Below are positions 33,540 through 44,966 of a DNA stretch of 64,000 bases, one piece after another. The notes under the pieces were generated by a model. It was given only the letters and a program-made list of their open reading frames with translations. It was not told the DNA's origin and searched no databases. The translations under genes and the position numbers were made by a program. This DNA comes from an uncultured Hormoscilla sp. Lineage in GTDB: Bacteria > Cyanobacteriota > Cyanobacteriia > Cyanobacteriales > Desertifilaceae. Location: positions 2,784,001 to 2,848,000 of the forward strand of contig OZ001293.3 in the NCBI GenBank assembly GCA_963921275.4. The letters are read 5' to 3'. Every line of letters begins with the position of its first letter. Positions within the stretch are counted from its first letter, which is position 1.

Positions 33540-33791
33540 ATGGAGAGGACATTTGACTATTCAGAGGGTTTTCCAGAAGTTGTTATCTCAACTGTTTTAG
33601 CTGAAAATCGTTCGGACTATAATCAAAATGCGGGTCTCAAGGAGGTGCAAGAGCCAATCGTTAGTGCTGTGCCGGAAGTCCGCAAAATTATTGAGCGGGT
33701 CTTGGAGCTGGAAAAAGATAAGCTCTATATGAAGGTTCCCAAATATATTAATGATGATATCCTGCAAATTGTTAAGGAAGAAGTGCAATGA
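33540..33791 (+). CDS. Small protein coupled to the SMC-like ATPase
   Basis: 83 aa; its stop overlaps the ATPase start (ATGA). Confidence 0.7.
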   Translation: MERTFDYSEGFPEVVISTVLAENRSDYNQNAGLKEVQEPIVSAVPEVRKIIERVLELEKDKLYMKVPKYINDDILQIVKEEVQ

Positions 33792-35854
33792 GGTTGAGGT
33801 CGATTATACTCTGTAACTTTCGTCAGTTTTATGGCAAGACTGAAGAAATTTTTTTGGCTAGCGGTGCTACGAATATTACGATCATTCACGGCAATAACGG
33901 GGCGGGGAAGACCACCCTGCTGAATGCTTTTACCTGGGCCTTGTACGAGAAGTTCAGTGCGGCTTTTACTTCTCCCCAGCAACTGGTGAACAAACGGGCC
34001 CTGCATGAAATTAAATCAGGTAAACAGGTTGAATGCTTGGTGGAAGTTGCCTTTTATCATGATAGCAGGCGCTATCGGGTCAAGCGCATCTGTCGCGCCT
34101 ATAAGAAAATGAATGGCATTGAATACAGTCCGACAGAGTTGTCGATGTGGGTGGCCGGAGATGACGGACGCTGGATGCCTACTCATCAAAACCCGGAGGA
34201 TATTATCGGACGCATTTTACCCCCCAGTTTACATCAGTATTTCTTTTTTGATGGAGAGCGCATAGAGCATATTTTTCGGGATAATCGGAAAACGGAAATT
34301 GCTGATGCTACTAAGGAGTTACTGGGTGTAGAGGTGTTTGATCGGGCCCTCAGGCACCTGAAGGCTGCTAGCAAAAGCTTGGAAGAAGAATTAGGAAACC
34401 TCGGGGATCCGCAAACCCAAAAGCTGCTGCAAGATAAGCTGAAATTAGAAGAACAGGGCGATCGCATCAGCAAGCGGCAATTGGAAATTGCTCAGGAGTT
34501 AGAAAAGCACCAGGAATTAAAAAGAACCATTAACAGTCGGTTACTGGAGCTAAGTGGTGCGAAGGAGTTACAAGACCGGCGTGCTAGCCTAGAAGCACAA
34601 GAAAAGCATCTCCGCGAACAGTTGAAACAGGCGAAAGTAGGGATCAAAAGAGCGATTAATACTAAAGAATACAGCTTTTTGCTATCAGAGGCAACGGCGG
34701 AATTTAGAACAATAGTCGAGCAACTGCGGCAGAAAGGAGAGTTACCGACGGGAATTACGCAACAATTTGTCCGGGAGTTACTCAAACAGCAGCGCTGCAT
34801 CTGCGGTGGGGACTTAAAAGAAGGCACCCATGGCTTCGATACGATCCAATCATGGATAGAGAAAGCGGGAATTGCCGATGTAGAAGAAACAGCCATTCGC
34901 ATGAGCGCCCAAATAGAAGAAATTGACAAGCAGGCTCCCGAATTTTGGCGAGAAGTGGACAGACAGCAAGGGAATGTCAAGCAATGGCGGGCGGAACTTT
35001 CGCGAGTGGAGACGGAGATGGACAATTTGAAGAACAAGCTGAGAACGAACCCCAATGAGAATATTCAGCAGTTGCAACAGCGCTTGGATGAAATTGAAGC
35101 CAAAATCAGTCAATTGCAAAGAGAAACGGGAGCCAACCACCATAAGCTAGATAAGATTAAAGCGGACATTGAGGTCAAGGTCAAGCAGATGGCCAAGCAG
35201 CAAACGAATGAGCAGAAGCAAGCTTTAGCCCAGCGACGGGTGGAAGCGACGGTGGACGCGATGAAGCGGATCTCGGAAGTTAAGAATCGTCTAGATAAAC
35301 AGTTTCGCTGGCAATTGGAACAGCGGGTGCAAGAGATATTCAGTCAAATTTCCTTTACTCCCTACATTCCCAAGCTGTCTGAAAAATACGAACTGACCCT
35401 GGTGGAGAATACAACTAAGTTAGAAGTACCCGTGGCCGCCTCTACGGGAGAAAACCAGATTCTCAGCTTGTCATTTATTGGCGGGATTATCGATCGGGTG
35501 CGGGAGTGGAGTAAAAGCAAGATGCACATGGGACCCGATAGTAGCACATTTCCGATGGTCATGGATTCGCCCTTTGGCAGTTTGGATGAAATCTATCGCC
35601 GCCAGGTAGCTTCATCTCTGCCCCAATTAGCAAATCAGCTAGTAGTTTTAGTCACGAAAACCCAGTGGCGGGTGGAGGTCGAAGAAGAAATGACTCCTAG
35701 AATTGGCCGGGAGTACCTGTTGGTATATAATTCGCCGAAACCAGATTGTGAGGAAGATAGCATCCAGTTAGGGGGAGTGAGTTATCCTTTAGTCAGACGC
35801 AGTCCGAACGAGTTTGAATATACTGAGATCGTCGAGGTAGAACGTCATGGTTAG
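33788..35854 (+). CDS. SMC/Rad50-like ABC ATPase with CxC hook (DndD-like)
   Basis: NFRQF, GNNGAGKTT, FFFDGE, CICG, STGE and MDSPFGSLD; long coiled coil. Confidence 0.9.
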   Translation: MRLRSIILCNFRQFYGKTEEIFLASGATNITIIHGNNGAGKTTLLNAFTWALYEKFSAAFTSPQQLVNKRALHEIKSGKQVECLVEVAFYHDSRRYRVKRICRAYKKMNGIEYSPTELSMWVAGDDGRWMPTHQNPEDIIGRILPPSLHQYFFFDGERIEHIFRDNRKTEIADATKELLGVEVFDRALRHLKAASKSLEEELGNLGDPQTQKLLQDKLKLEEQGDRISKRQLEIAQELEKHQELKRTINSRLLELSGAKELQDRRASLEAQEKHLREQLKQAKVGIKRAINTKEYSFLLSEATAEFRTIVEQLRQKGELPTGITQQFVRELLKQQRCICGGDLKEGTHGFDTIQSWIEKAGIADVEETAIRMSAQIEEIDKQAPEFWREVDRQQGNVKQWRAELSRVETEMDNLKNKLRTNPNENIQQLQQRLDEIEAKISQLQRETGANHHKLDKIKADIEVKVKQMAKQQTNEQKQALAQRRVEATVDAMKRISEVKNRLDKQFRWQLEQRVQEIFSQISFTPYIPKLSEKYELTLVENTTKLEVPVAASTGENQILSLSFIGGIIDRVREWSKSKMHMGPDSSTFPMVMDSPFGSLDEIYRRQVASSLPQLANQLVVLVTKTQWRVEVEEEMTPRIGREYLLVYNSPKPDCEEDSIQLGGVSYPLVRRSPNEFEYTEIVEVERHG

Positions 35855-35979
35855 TGCATATAGGTGCAAAATCATGAAGTGATCGTGGGATAACTTTATA
35901 TGTAGTTAGTTATAGTAGGGTGGGCATTGCCCACCTGACTAGTATAAGATAGGAATCATGCAAGTAATCGGAGTCCGTG

Positions 35980-36200
35980 ATGAGTAACTCTGTATCTTGA
36001 CAAAAGGCGATAGAGTATGTGGAAGCGCTTTGGATAGAAGACGAAAGGGAAATTGCCAATAAGGCAGGATGGTGACGCTAGCAGCAATTCAAGCAGGTAC
36101 GGCAAAGCGGGGTACTCTAGATCAATTTCTAGCTGATTTACTTGGATGTTGAATGAGAACTAAGCAATTCAAAATTCTTTCTTTCTCATTTAAAATTGGG
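35980..36200 (+). pseudogene. Decayed small antitoxin/toxin pair
   Basis: MSNSVS*QKAIEYVEAL...TLAAIQAGTAKRGTLDQFLADL fragments. Confidence 0.4.
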
Positions 36201-36320
36201 AAAGTATTTGGGAACAAGGAGCGAGCGATGTCTCCTGGGTAGTACGAATAGTGCTCCCAGGAGACATCGAAGCGGATCGGCCTATGCAATTTAAATGCAC
36301 GACAATTGAGGTAGAAGGTC

Positions 36321-37286
36321 ATGGTTAGTGCAGAATTGACTGTGGAACATGTGGTGACGGATACTTGGGTGCAGGCTAGCTGGGAATAATTTATGGCGCT
36401 AGCTGATAATCCAGCTTATAATAAGGGGAGGTTCTATTACGATCAGGGTGACATGAGAATTGAAATGTCACCAGTAGGCTATAGTCATGGTCAGGATAAT
36501 GGGGTAGTATACTATATATTGCTCCTTTATGCAACGATCGAGAATATCCGGATTAAAGGAGTGGTAAACACCAGTTTGAAAAGAAATGTAAGTTTCCTTA
36601 CACCGACATGGACAAATACCTATGGGAGCTGCTATGGCAATGGGCAAAAAGAAGGCATCCCAACAAAACGGGCAAATGGATTGCCAGTAAATATTGGGCC
36701 ATAACCGGGAAAGACCGGTGGAGGTTCACGGGCAAATCAAAAGAAAATGGAGAAATAAAGCTAAACCGGCACTCTGAAACTGAGATAATCAGACACACAA
36801 AGGTAAAAGGGACAGCTAGCCCGTTTGACGGTAACCTAGTCTACTGGAGCCAGAGATTAAGAAAGAGCCCGGACGTAAGCACGAGAGTGATTAACCTACT
36901 CAAGAGGCAGGAGGGCAAGTGCCAGCATTGCGGACTAACGTTTAAGAACGGCGACAAATGGGAAGTGGACCACATTCTGCCAACCTCACTGGGAGGAAAG
37001 GACTGGTACTCCAACCTACAGTTGCTACACGATTACTGCCATGATTATAAGTCTGCCAGGGATGGCAGCAAAGGCCGTATCCATGACAAGGATGACGAAA
37101 CTGAGGAGCCGGATGAGGTGAAAGTCTCACGTCCGGTTTTGAAGACGAGTCGGTACGGTGACGTACTGGCTTAGTTTAATAACTTTGAACCGCCTGCTTT
37201 GGTGGTGGAAAATGCAGCATCTTCTCTTAGGGATGATTTGGGACGGAAGCGGTTACTATAGGAAGGGTTGGGAATGCAAGAATATC
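36321..37286 (+). pseudogene. Uma2-family endonuclease interrupted by a group II intron fragment
   Basis: WVQASWE*F...MRIEMSPVGYSH, then PPALVVE...DDLGRKRLL*..LGMQEY after the intron. Confidence 0.7.
36587..37180 (+). mobile_element. Group II intron 3' fragment (maturase C-terminus, HNH, D5/D6)
   Basis: WAKRRHPNK and WEVDHI; D5 gagccggatgaggtgaaagtctcacgtccggttt; ends gtttaat at 37180. Confidence 0.9.
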
Positions 37287-38215
37287 CCAAGGTGATCGGG
37301 GGCTACCACATAGCGGAAAAACTAGGAGTACCGGGATATTTATGCCTACTATTTCCCTGCTACGTCCCCACCGCCGCCTTTGCTAACCCCATCTTTCCGG
37401 ACTGGAAACTAGGAGGTTGGTACAACAAACTGACATACAAAATCGTTCCCTGGATGAGTTTTACCTATCGGGATTTAGTGAATAGCTGGCGGTCCGAAAG
37501 CTTGCAGTTACCGCCGACTCGATATCCAGTAGGTAACTTGGTAAAAACTAACGGAAAACCGGTTCCAGTTATGCATTGTTACAGTCCCCTGGTTGTGCCA
37601 AGGCCCGATGACTGGGGGGAAGGGGCGATCGCGACCGGATACTGGTTTCTGGAACCGCCAGCGGATTGGCAACCCCCAGAGGAACTGATAGAATTTCTAG
37701 CAGGGGGAGAGGCTCCAGTTTACGTAGGATTTGGTAGTATGGCGGGGCGAGACACGCAAAAATCAACCAAACTTGTCTTAGAAGCCTTGGCAAAGTGCGG
37801 TCAGCGGGGGATAATAGCCAAAGGTTGGGGAGGTTTGGAGGCGTATGAACTGCCAAAAAACATCATTCAGGTAGAAGCAGTGCCCCATAGCTGGTTATTT
37901 CCCCAAGTAGCAGCGGTAGTGCATCACGGAGGCGCGGGAACCACAGCAGCGGGGTTGCGTGCGGGTAAACCGACAGTTATTTGTCCGTTCTTTGGGGATC
38001 AACCCTTTTGGGGGAAGCGCATTTATGAGTTAAAAGTCGGTGCTAAACCTATTCGGCAGAAAGTATTGACAGCGGACAAGTTAGCAGCTGCTATTAATGA
38101 AGTTATCAGTGATGAATTAATGGGCAAGAGGGCGCGGGCCCTGGGCGAGAAAATTAAAGCAGAGGATGGAGTGGGGCGGGCCGTTGATTTTATTGAGAGA
38201 CAGAGTCATTCGTAG
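37283..38215 (+). pseudogene. GT1 glycosyltransferase (sterol glucosyltransferase-like) lacking its N-terminus
   Basis: YVGFGSM, VHHGGAGTT and PFFGDQPFWG; no N-terminal GT28-like segment. Confidence 0.75.
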
Positions 38216-38232
38216 TGTATTAAGAAACCAGG

Positions 38233-38345
38233 GGCGTTGCACAATCACGGGATGATGGGCATAGTTGCAGCACTTTTAAACTTAGAGTACAAGCAATTTT
38301 CTGTTATGTGCAAAAAAGGGCATTATCCCCAAAATGTGCAACGCC
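38233..38345. mobile_element. 113-bp MITE (copy 1)
   Basis: TIR GGCGTTGCACA; 8-bp TSD AAACCAGG. Confidence 0.92.
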
Positions 38346-38925
38346 AAACCAGGTTTTTTGTCAAAACCTGGTTTCTGGGCTACCGCTGAATATACCCGCC
38401 GCACAATTGAGATGCATCGGGTTTACTCCGGGAAGTATACTTTGAAAGGGATTGCGCTGCGCGCACCGACAGGCTACCGGTCCTACGCGAACGACTTGCG
38501 CTTAAAGCATTATTGGTGTCATTGCGAGGGGGGGATCTGGCAGCAGTAACGAAGGTTCGCACTATCAGACCCCCCCGTAGCGCTACGCGCACTTCGTAAA
38601 AGCGCAGCGGCGCGACTCAGGAGCGCTAACGGGGGGGACGTTACTCAAAAAGCACAAGGATATCTCAATTACCCCCCCTCGCTTAGACAATTCTTTACTG
38701 CCTTCATATGCGCAGTTTATGACCGTTCAGAGTATAGTTACGCTTTAGCGCCTTCACGCAACAACAAACAACCACCTGACTAGGACATCGGTCAAGTATT
38801 GTCAGAAACCGGGTTTCTGCCGTAGTTATTAACGAGGTAGTGGGTCATAAGTAGTGATTTTAGTGCCTGAAACCCAGGGCTCCCCGTAGTGGGATCACTA
38901 CATCTTGACCACTATCGGTATATAA

Positions 38926-39300
38926 GGTAGTGATAAATATGTAGTGATGAAATTACATACCTCTATGGAAATCTTTACCTCCTGTTTATCGACAATGTGC
39001 GGGCGGTGTCTCCTGAGTAGTGCGACTAGCGATCTCAGGAGACACCGTTTGTTATACAGATTTATGGGAAGCATATAACAATGTAATTCCCAAAAAACGT
39101 CATGGTAGGTAAAGAAAGCGGAAAAACTAATCATATTGAAAGGTTAAATAACACAGCAAAGAATTAGTCGATTGGTTCGTCAAACATTATCATTTTCAAA
39201 GAAGACCGAAAATCCCATCGGAGCGATTTAGTATTTTGTGCATGATTACAATAAATGTCTATCGGGATAGATGGTACATCACTACATGTTTATCACCACC
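38926..39300 (+). mobile_element. Internally deleted IS1-family derivative
   Basis: Same TIRs as 13424-14255; TNHIER...RLVRQTLSFSK fragment. Confidence 0.8.
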
Positions 39301-39581
39301 TACAGTTTTTGGGAAAAGCCTGGTGAATTGGCCACCTAAAAAAAGTATAATAGGTAATGTGATCGACAATTGGCAACTGATAACAGACAGGCGATCTGGG
39401 CCCGTATAGGAGAAGGCAGGCAAACCCTGCTGGCGGTGGCAGGGCAGATCCCCTGGGCCGGGAACCCTGGCAAGGGAGAACCCAAGACTGGGCAATAAGG
39501 TGATATGATGATTTAACTGATAACTGACGGGCAGGCGATCCGCCCGCCCTACGCATCCGACAAGATAGAGAGAAGAAAACC

Positions 39582-40220
39582 TTGGGTATAGAACTGCGCA
39601 GTTACGTATTAATCGACAGCTTACAGCCTCAGCACGCGGCTTACATGGGAACGGTGGCGATCGGGTTTTTACCCTTGCCGGGAGATACGTCCCTGTGGGT
39701 GGAAATTTCACCGGGGATTGAAATTAACCGGATTACGGATGTGGCGCTGAAATCAACTTCTGTCCGTCCGGGGGTGCTGTTTGTAGAAAGACTTTATGGT
39801 TTGCTAGAAGTGCATTCCATCCGCCAGAGTGATACGCGCACTGCTGGCAAGGCAATTCTTTCGGCCCTGGGAGTGCGGGAGTCCGATCGACTCAAACCGC
39901 GCGTGATTTCTAGCCAAATTATCCGCAACATTGATGCGCACCAAACCCAACTGATTAATCGTAACCGGCGGGGACAGATGCTGCTAGCAGGGCAAACTCT
40001 GTACGTGTTAGAAGTGCAGCCTGCTGCTTATGCGGCCTTGGCGGCGAACGAGGCCGAAAAAGCAGCCTCGATTAATATACTTCAGGTGCAGGCCGTGGGT
40101 AGCTTCGGACGCCTCTACCTGGGGGGAGAAGAACGGGATATTATCGCAGGTTCTCGTGCAGCCCTGGAGGCGATGGAAAGCATTTATGGCCGCGTTCCAA
40201 CCAGCGATCGCAAGGAATAA
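39582..40220 (+). CDS. ccmP: Carboxysome tandem-BMC shell protein CcmP
   Basis: [30 protein letters not shown] and GSFGRLYL. Confidence 0.9.
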   Translation: MGIELRSYVLIDSLQPQHAAYMGTVAIGFLPLPGDTSLWVEISPGIEINRITDVALKSTSVRPGVLFVERLYGLLEVHSIRQSDTRTAGKAILSALGVRESDRLKPRVISSQIIRNIDAHQTQLINRNRRGQMLLAGQTLYVLEVQPAAYAALAANEAEKAASINILQVQAVGSFGRLYLGGEERDIIAGSRAALEAMESIYGRVPTSDRKE

Positions 40221-40336
40221 AGCACCATTTTGATTGTTCTGATTGGTTCGCTTTGCAAAGCTTAAATTGTGGTAGCGCCTTCATTTACAACCCCTATCCA
40301 AAGGAGGATCTGCCAGGGAACACGCTGCGCTATTAG

Positions 40337-41813
40337 CTACTCTGCGAGAATGTTGAACCTCTGACGATAGTTGGAAAATTTGTCGTTCACCACCTTAGCA
40401 TCGAGTCCAAACTGCTCCAGGGAGTATCGATGAATGCCATGTTTGTGCTGTTGATTGGAGCTGAGCCATCCCTTGATGTTTTCTTCCATAGTCAGAGTAA
40501 AGTCGTAGCCAAAATACTCGTATATTTGACGTACAGTCGCGATCGGGTCTTGCAGGAGGTCGCTGTATTAGACATCGTAGAATTGGCCTCGATCTGCGGT
40601 CTCTCTTACTTTCATTCCATGCTCCATTCCATTCGCCAATATATTGAGGCACTCCTCGCCTAAGGCTTTGAGATCCACATGATTAGTAAAGAATCCGCGA
40701 CCTAAAGCGAAGAAACTGCAAATAGATGGCAGCATCTTTAGCGGATCGCGGTGTGTTTGAATGATACGAGTATCTGGGAAAACTGTCATTAGAGCATTCA
40801 GACTGTATAGGTGTGTGGGTGCTTTGAGAAGCCAGCGATCGCGCCTTACGCGCCACCCTAAGAGTTGGAGTTGCTGCCGAGAGTATCGGTAGGAAGCAAT
40901 CATATCCTGCTTCTCCAGCCAATCCCCATAGGACGGCAAGTTAGCTTCAATCATAAACCAGTAGCTAGCAAACCCATGGGCCAATAGCCTCTCGCATTCT
41001 TCTGGTCCTGTGGGATTGAACGTATGGGCAACAGCCCGCTTGGTCTTGCCGTTGACCCATTTGACATACTGTTGTGTTGCTCGGATCCGGGGGTCGTTTT
41101 CACAGGTTTGAGAGTCTGGCGGAGGCGAAGGACTCATGACTTCCCATAGGTGTAGCCACCGACAAGTCGGATCTTGAGACAAAAGGTTATGAAGTAATGT
41201 GGAGCCAGTTCTGGGTAATCCTAGGATAAACAGCGGTTAGATAATCGGCACCTCTAGAGCGTCGGTCCAGTAGAGGGGGTTGACAAAAAAAGAAAATGTG
41301 TATATGCCCGCTCGCCCGTTCAGTAGAACAGATTTTGGATAAAATCATGATGTCCAGAGGGAGTGAAGGCCAGATATAAATACGAGAATATACTTATTTT
41401 TCGGACATACACAGTAGTTGAAATTTGTCAAGTATTATTAATGGACCGACGCTCTAGGATTTCGGGGTAGCGTTTGAAATCGGACTGCATCCGCGATTTA
41501 CCAACAGGCGAATGCAGGTCTTTCGCATCTGCGATCGACCAAAAAAGCTCAAAGAAGCTTCTCGATCCCGGGATGCGATCAATATGCGCAGGGGTATTCA
41601 AAATTCTTCATCTCCCCAGTCAGACAAATTGGTTTGGCGTTGTGCCGCCGACAAAAGCGACTCTTCTGTCAGGGTCGCCAAGGGCAGGCCAATTCTGCTC
41701 AGGCTAATTCCGGCCCAGTCGAGTAAGCGATACCATAAAGAGCGATGCTGCTACGCAGCCGCTACGCGAACGGACTGCTCAAAAGTGGATAGTGAATTTG
41801 TTATATCGGCCAT
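40337..41813 (-). pseudogene. Sulfotransferase interrupted by stops and a MITE
   Basis: PLFILGLPRTGSTLLHNLL, WLLKAP and IIQTHRDP. Confidence 0.85.
41254..41457. mobile_element. MITE with ctagagcgtcggtcca ends (copy 2)
   Basis: Perfect 16-bp terminal inverted repeat including CTAG. Confidence 0.88.
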
Positions 41814-42096
41814 CAGTTTTGCTTCCCTTTTGCTTCCATCTGCCCCTGCTGCTGCGCTGCCCCACGGTAGATATTGATTTCTACTCCGTTGTTCGTAGCA
41901 TCCGCTAGCTTTGCCAACGCCTGCGATTGCGCAGCACGCTTGCGCGATTGCATCTCGTGGGCATCGAGGCGATCTGGTTCTACCTCCAGGATAACATCAT
42001 TTAACTACTGAAAATATTTTTAATCTGGTGGGAGCATGTCAACTTTTATCGTGAGTAATTGCTGATATCCCAACCTGTCAACTCCACCTACACTTG

Positions 42097-43596
42097 TCAT
42101 TTGGGCCTTTTAATTCCACCACTTCGCTTAACCTCAAATCCATAACGATAAATATCAGGCATATTAATCCGCCCATCAGAACGGCTTTCAATAATTCCCA
42201 GTTGCAGTAAATACTGCAACAATTCTGACGGGTTTAATGTGGGGGGCTGTTTCTCTGGTTTTTCACTCCATTCTGTGGATTTCAGTTTGTTCGTCAAATC
42301 AGTTTTTGCTATAGGTACTTTGATACCTTTTAAGCTGGACTTTATATCTTCTAGCCAAGGATATTCTTCATGTGCTAATTCTCTAATTCTATCTTTTGAC
42401 GTATCCATTAGTGCCCCTTGCAAATCCGAAGGCTCTAGTAATTTTTCAGTCATACTTTTTGATTCTATTTTTGATAAACTTCGCTCCCCAGCCAAAGAGA
42501 ATAGCTTTAAAAATGAGCGTGGTGCCATTCTACCTCCAGCATCTTTAAGGTGGTTAGGAATCCAACGATATGTATACCCCTTCCTGGGGTTGCTACCCAT
42601 GTATTTACCCACCATTTTTTCCATGAGTAATTCAAAATTTGATTCATCCAATTTTGGTAGTATACCCAGTGACGGATGACCTTCAGAGATTAGACCCGGA
42701 ACATCACTTAAATAATCGGTCATTTCCTGTCCAGAGTTGGCTAAGCGCTTCACAAGTAACTGATACAACCATGGCGCCTTCCACTCCAGACTAATCTGGT
42801 ATCCTTGTAGCTTAGAGGCATCAGGAAATCCTAAAAAATCCTCACGAAACAGGTCTGTACGTAAAAAAATCTTTGGTCGTATCCGTTCCCAACGACGCCA
42901 CCGATCCAGCCAAAATGCCAACAGTTCGCGAATAGGGGCAGCCAGTTCGAGATAAGATAGCACTAGCCTATCTAGTTCATCATATATGACAAATAGCCAC
43001 CGATCGGTTTCGATCAATTCGGAGTCTAACCGATCCAGAGCATAATTCAGCTTTTCCAGATTCTGGCGGGCAAGTGGCAACCAGTCTGATAGCAAAGGTA
43101 GCTGGTTAGCCAAAGCCGTGCGAATTGCCTCTGGTATCCCATCACATATACTATTTAGTGCTTCTTTTTTTTCTTGAAGCATTACCCCCAACATCAACCC
43201 AATCCAGAAAGTACGCCAATCGATTCGATCTGCATTTTTCATCCCTGCTTCTACAGTCTCTGGCGTGGGGAATATTTTGCCCTTTTGTTTTGTCCGGCCA
43301 TATCCCGCTATCCATATTGTACTATCCAAAGAGGGTAAAGCCCTAATTTGCATATTTTCTACCAGCGTTTTGCGTCCGTCTCTATTTCCTAGTAAACGGA
43401 ATAATTCTGTCTTGCCAACACCGCGTCCTCCTAATATCAGTAATGCGTCCAGTTCCAAAACTCTGCGGTAATCCGGTACGGGGAGAAAGTTTTTCAGGAA
43501 AACTGTCTCATTATCGCTCTCATGCTCTGCTATTCCCCGTCCTGGTGCAATAGCAACCATTAGTTCCAGCAGTTTCTTTTTATCATAGTCTCTCAT
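42097..43596 (-). CDS. STAND-like P-loop ATPase (Sll1717-like), 499 aa
   Basis: GGRGVGKT Walker A, VIYDELD Walker B, KIFLRTD and PRSFL; wHTH-like C-terminus; AAGGAGG RBS; ATGA overlap with the upstream gene. Confidence 0.8.
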   Translation of the reverse strand: MRDYDKKKLLELMVAIAPGRGIAEHESDNETVFLKNFLPVPDYRRVLELDALLILGGRGVGKTELFRLLGNRDGRKTLVENMQIRALPSLDSTIWIAGYGRTKQKGKIFPTPETVEAGMKNADRIDWRTFWIGLMLGVMLQEKKEALNSICDGIPEAIRTALANQLPLLSDWLPLARQNLEKLNYALDRLDSELIETDRWLFVIYDELDRLVLSYLELAAPIRELLAFWLDRWRRWERIRPKIFLRTDLFREDFLGFPDASKLQGYQISLEWKAPWLYQLLVKRLANSGQEMTDYLSDVPGLISEGHPSLGILPKLDESNFELLMEKMVGKYMGSNPRKGYTYRWIPNHLKDAGGRMAPRSFLKLFSLAGERSLSKIESKSMTEKLLEPSDLQGALMDTSKDRIRELAHEEYPWLEDIKSSLKGIKVPIAKTDLTNKLKSTEWSEKPEKQPPTLNPSELLQYLLQLGIIESRSDGRINMPDIYRYGFEVKRSGGIKRPK

Positions 43597-44963
43597 GTTA
43601 CCACCTCCTTTTTCAATTTCCGCCCAAACATTTGGCAAAGTCGTTCTGCTATATTTTCATAGGGTTTGCCAGTCAACAGGCTCACAATCCCAGCCCTGGC
43701 TGACTCGGAACTTGAATTTTCCGAGAATAAAGCAATTTCTCTACGCAGTGTACTCTGCCAATCCAAGACAACTGGCCAAAAAGGAGCATCCGGATCGTTA
43801 GAGTTCGGAATATCATCACTTTCATAGTAGTAGTTTTCTTGAAAAACTGTATAGGCTCGATCGCGAAAATCTTGCAATTCCTGCTCTCTGGTAGGCATTT
43901 CTAACCCAGGAGCCATAGCATGGCACAGCAGCACGGGAAGCGGTTCTCGTGCCTGAGGTCTTGCTAGGGCTAGGCGACGAATAACGTGAGTTATTCCGGC
44001 CCAGCTTTGGCGAGATTGGGTGCCAAATATAACCGCCCCATGTGCCAAAGAAGCGATCGCCAATCCGCCAATATCGTGGAATCCTGCTCTAGCATCTAGC
44101 AGGATAAAATCTAAGGGCTTAGCTGCACCTTGCAGTTCCTTCAGCATTTCCCCCAGCGTTTCAGGTACTTGATTATTGACCAGGTTCTGGAAATCCAATC
44201 TCGCCAACTTTTCCAGATATTGCTCGTTTACAGTTCCGGCTGGCAGTAAACGCAGTGTTTCCCCCCGATCGCCCAGCAGTATTTCATCGTTGATCGATCG
44301 TAAATGGGTGCGTAACCGCCAATTACTCTTTTGAATTTGTTTCTCTAACAGGTAATCAATAACACCAAACATATCTGAAGTATCTGAAAAAAAGATTGTG
44401 GATAGACCAGGAGCCTCAAGATCCAAATCTATTATCGCCACCCGATGACCTTGACGAGCCAAGGTAAGGGCTGTCCCCACCAAGGCCGTTGTGCGACCAA
44501 CACCCCCCTTAAAGGAAAAGAATGCTACAATTGCAGGTTTATGTCCCCGATCGACTAAATCCTGTGCCCAAGGTGGATTACCTGCATCTTTATTAGTCCA
44601 TGCTTGTTTAGCAAGGTGGCGTTCTAGTATATACCAGTCAAGTTTATTACCATCATCCCAGTCTGCGCGAACCCTCTCGGAAGTAATGACCTCAATCAAG
44701 GCTTGATAACCATCCTGTTCGCCTTCTGGCAACCAGATATCTTCGCCATAGTAGGGACCGAGTTTTTGGGCAAGGCTGTCATGCAAATTAGCTATGGCTG
44801 TATCTTCCAGAGCCCCCACCGGTTCCAAGAAAACCCTAATCTTACCTAAAACATCACGGATTATGGTTATAGACTGAAGATGCTGTGTCAGTTGGCTCTC
44901 TATGGTAGGTTCCCGAAAGCATTCGATTACCTTATCAAAGGTTTCACTGAAGGTTATGTCCAT
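43593..44963 (-). CDS. ParA/MinD-like ATPase, KGGVGR variant, with a ~140-aa N-terminal domain
   Basis: FFSFKGGVGRTT, IDLDLEAPG and ILLDARAG. Confidence 0.85.
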   Translation of the reverse strand: MDITFSETFDKVIECFREPTIESQLTQHLQSITIIRDVLGKIRVFLEPVGALEDTAIANLHDSLAQKLGPYYGEDIWLPEGEQDGYQALIEVITSERVRADWDDGNKLDWYILERHLAKQAWTNKDAGNPPWAQDLVDRGHKPAIVAFFSFKGGVGRTTALVGTALTLARQGHRVAIIDLDLEAPGLSTIFFSDTSDMFGVIDYLLEKQIQKSNWRLRTHLRSINDEILLGDRGETLRLLPAGTVNEQYLEKLARLDFQNLVNNQVPETLGEMLKELQGAAKPLDFILLDARAGFHDIGGLAIASLAHGAVIFGTQSRQSWAGITHVIRRLALARPQAREPLPVLLCHAMAPGLEMPTREQELQDFRDRAYTVFQENYYYESDDIPNSNDPDAPFWPVVLDWQSTLRREIALFSENSSSESARAGIVSLLTGKPYENIAERLCQMFGRKLKKEVVT

Positions 44964-44966
44964 CCT

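Noticed and set aside
14256..37180. Retron, DGR or defence-associated reverse transcriptases
   Set aside because: All RT pieces have maturase/HNH tails and adjoining D5/D6, typical of group II introns.
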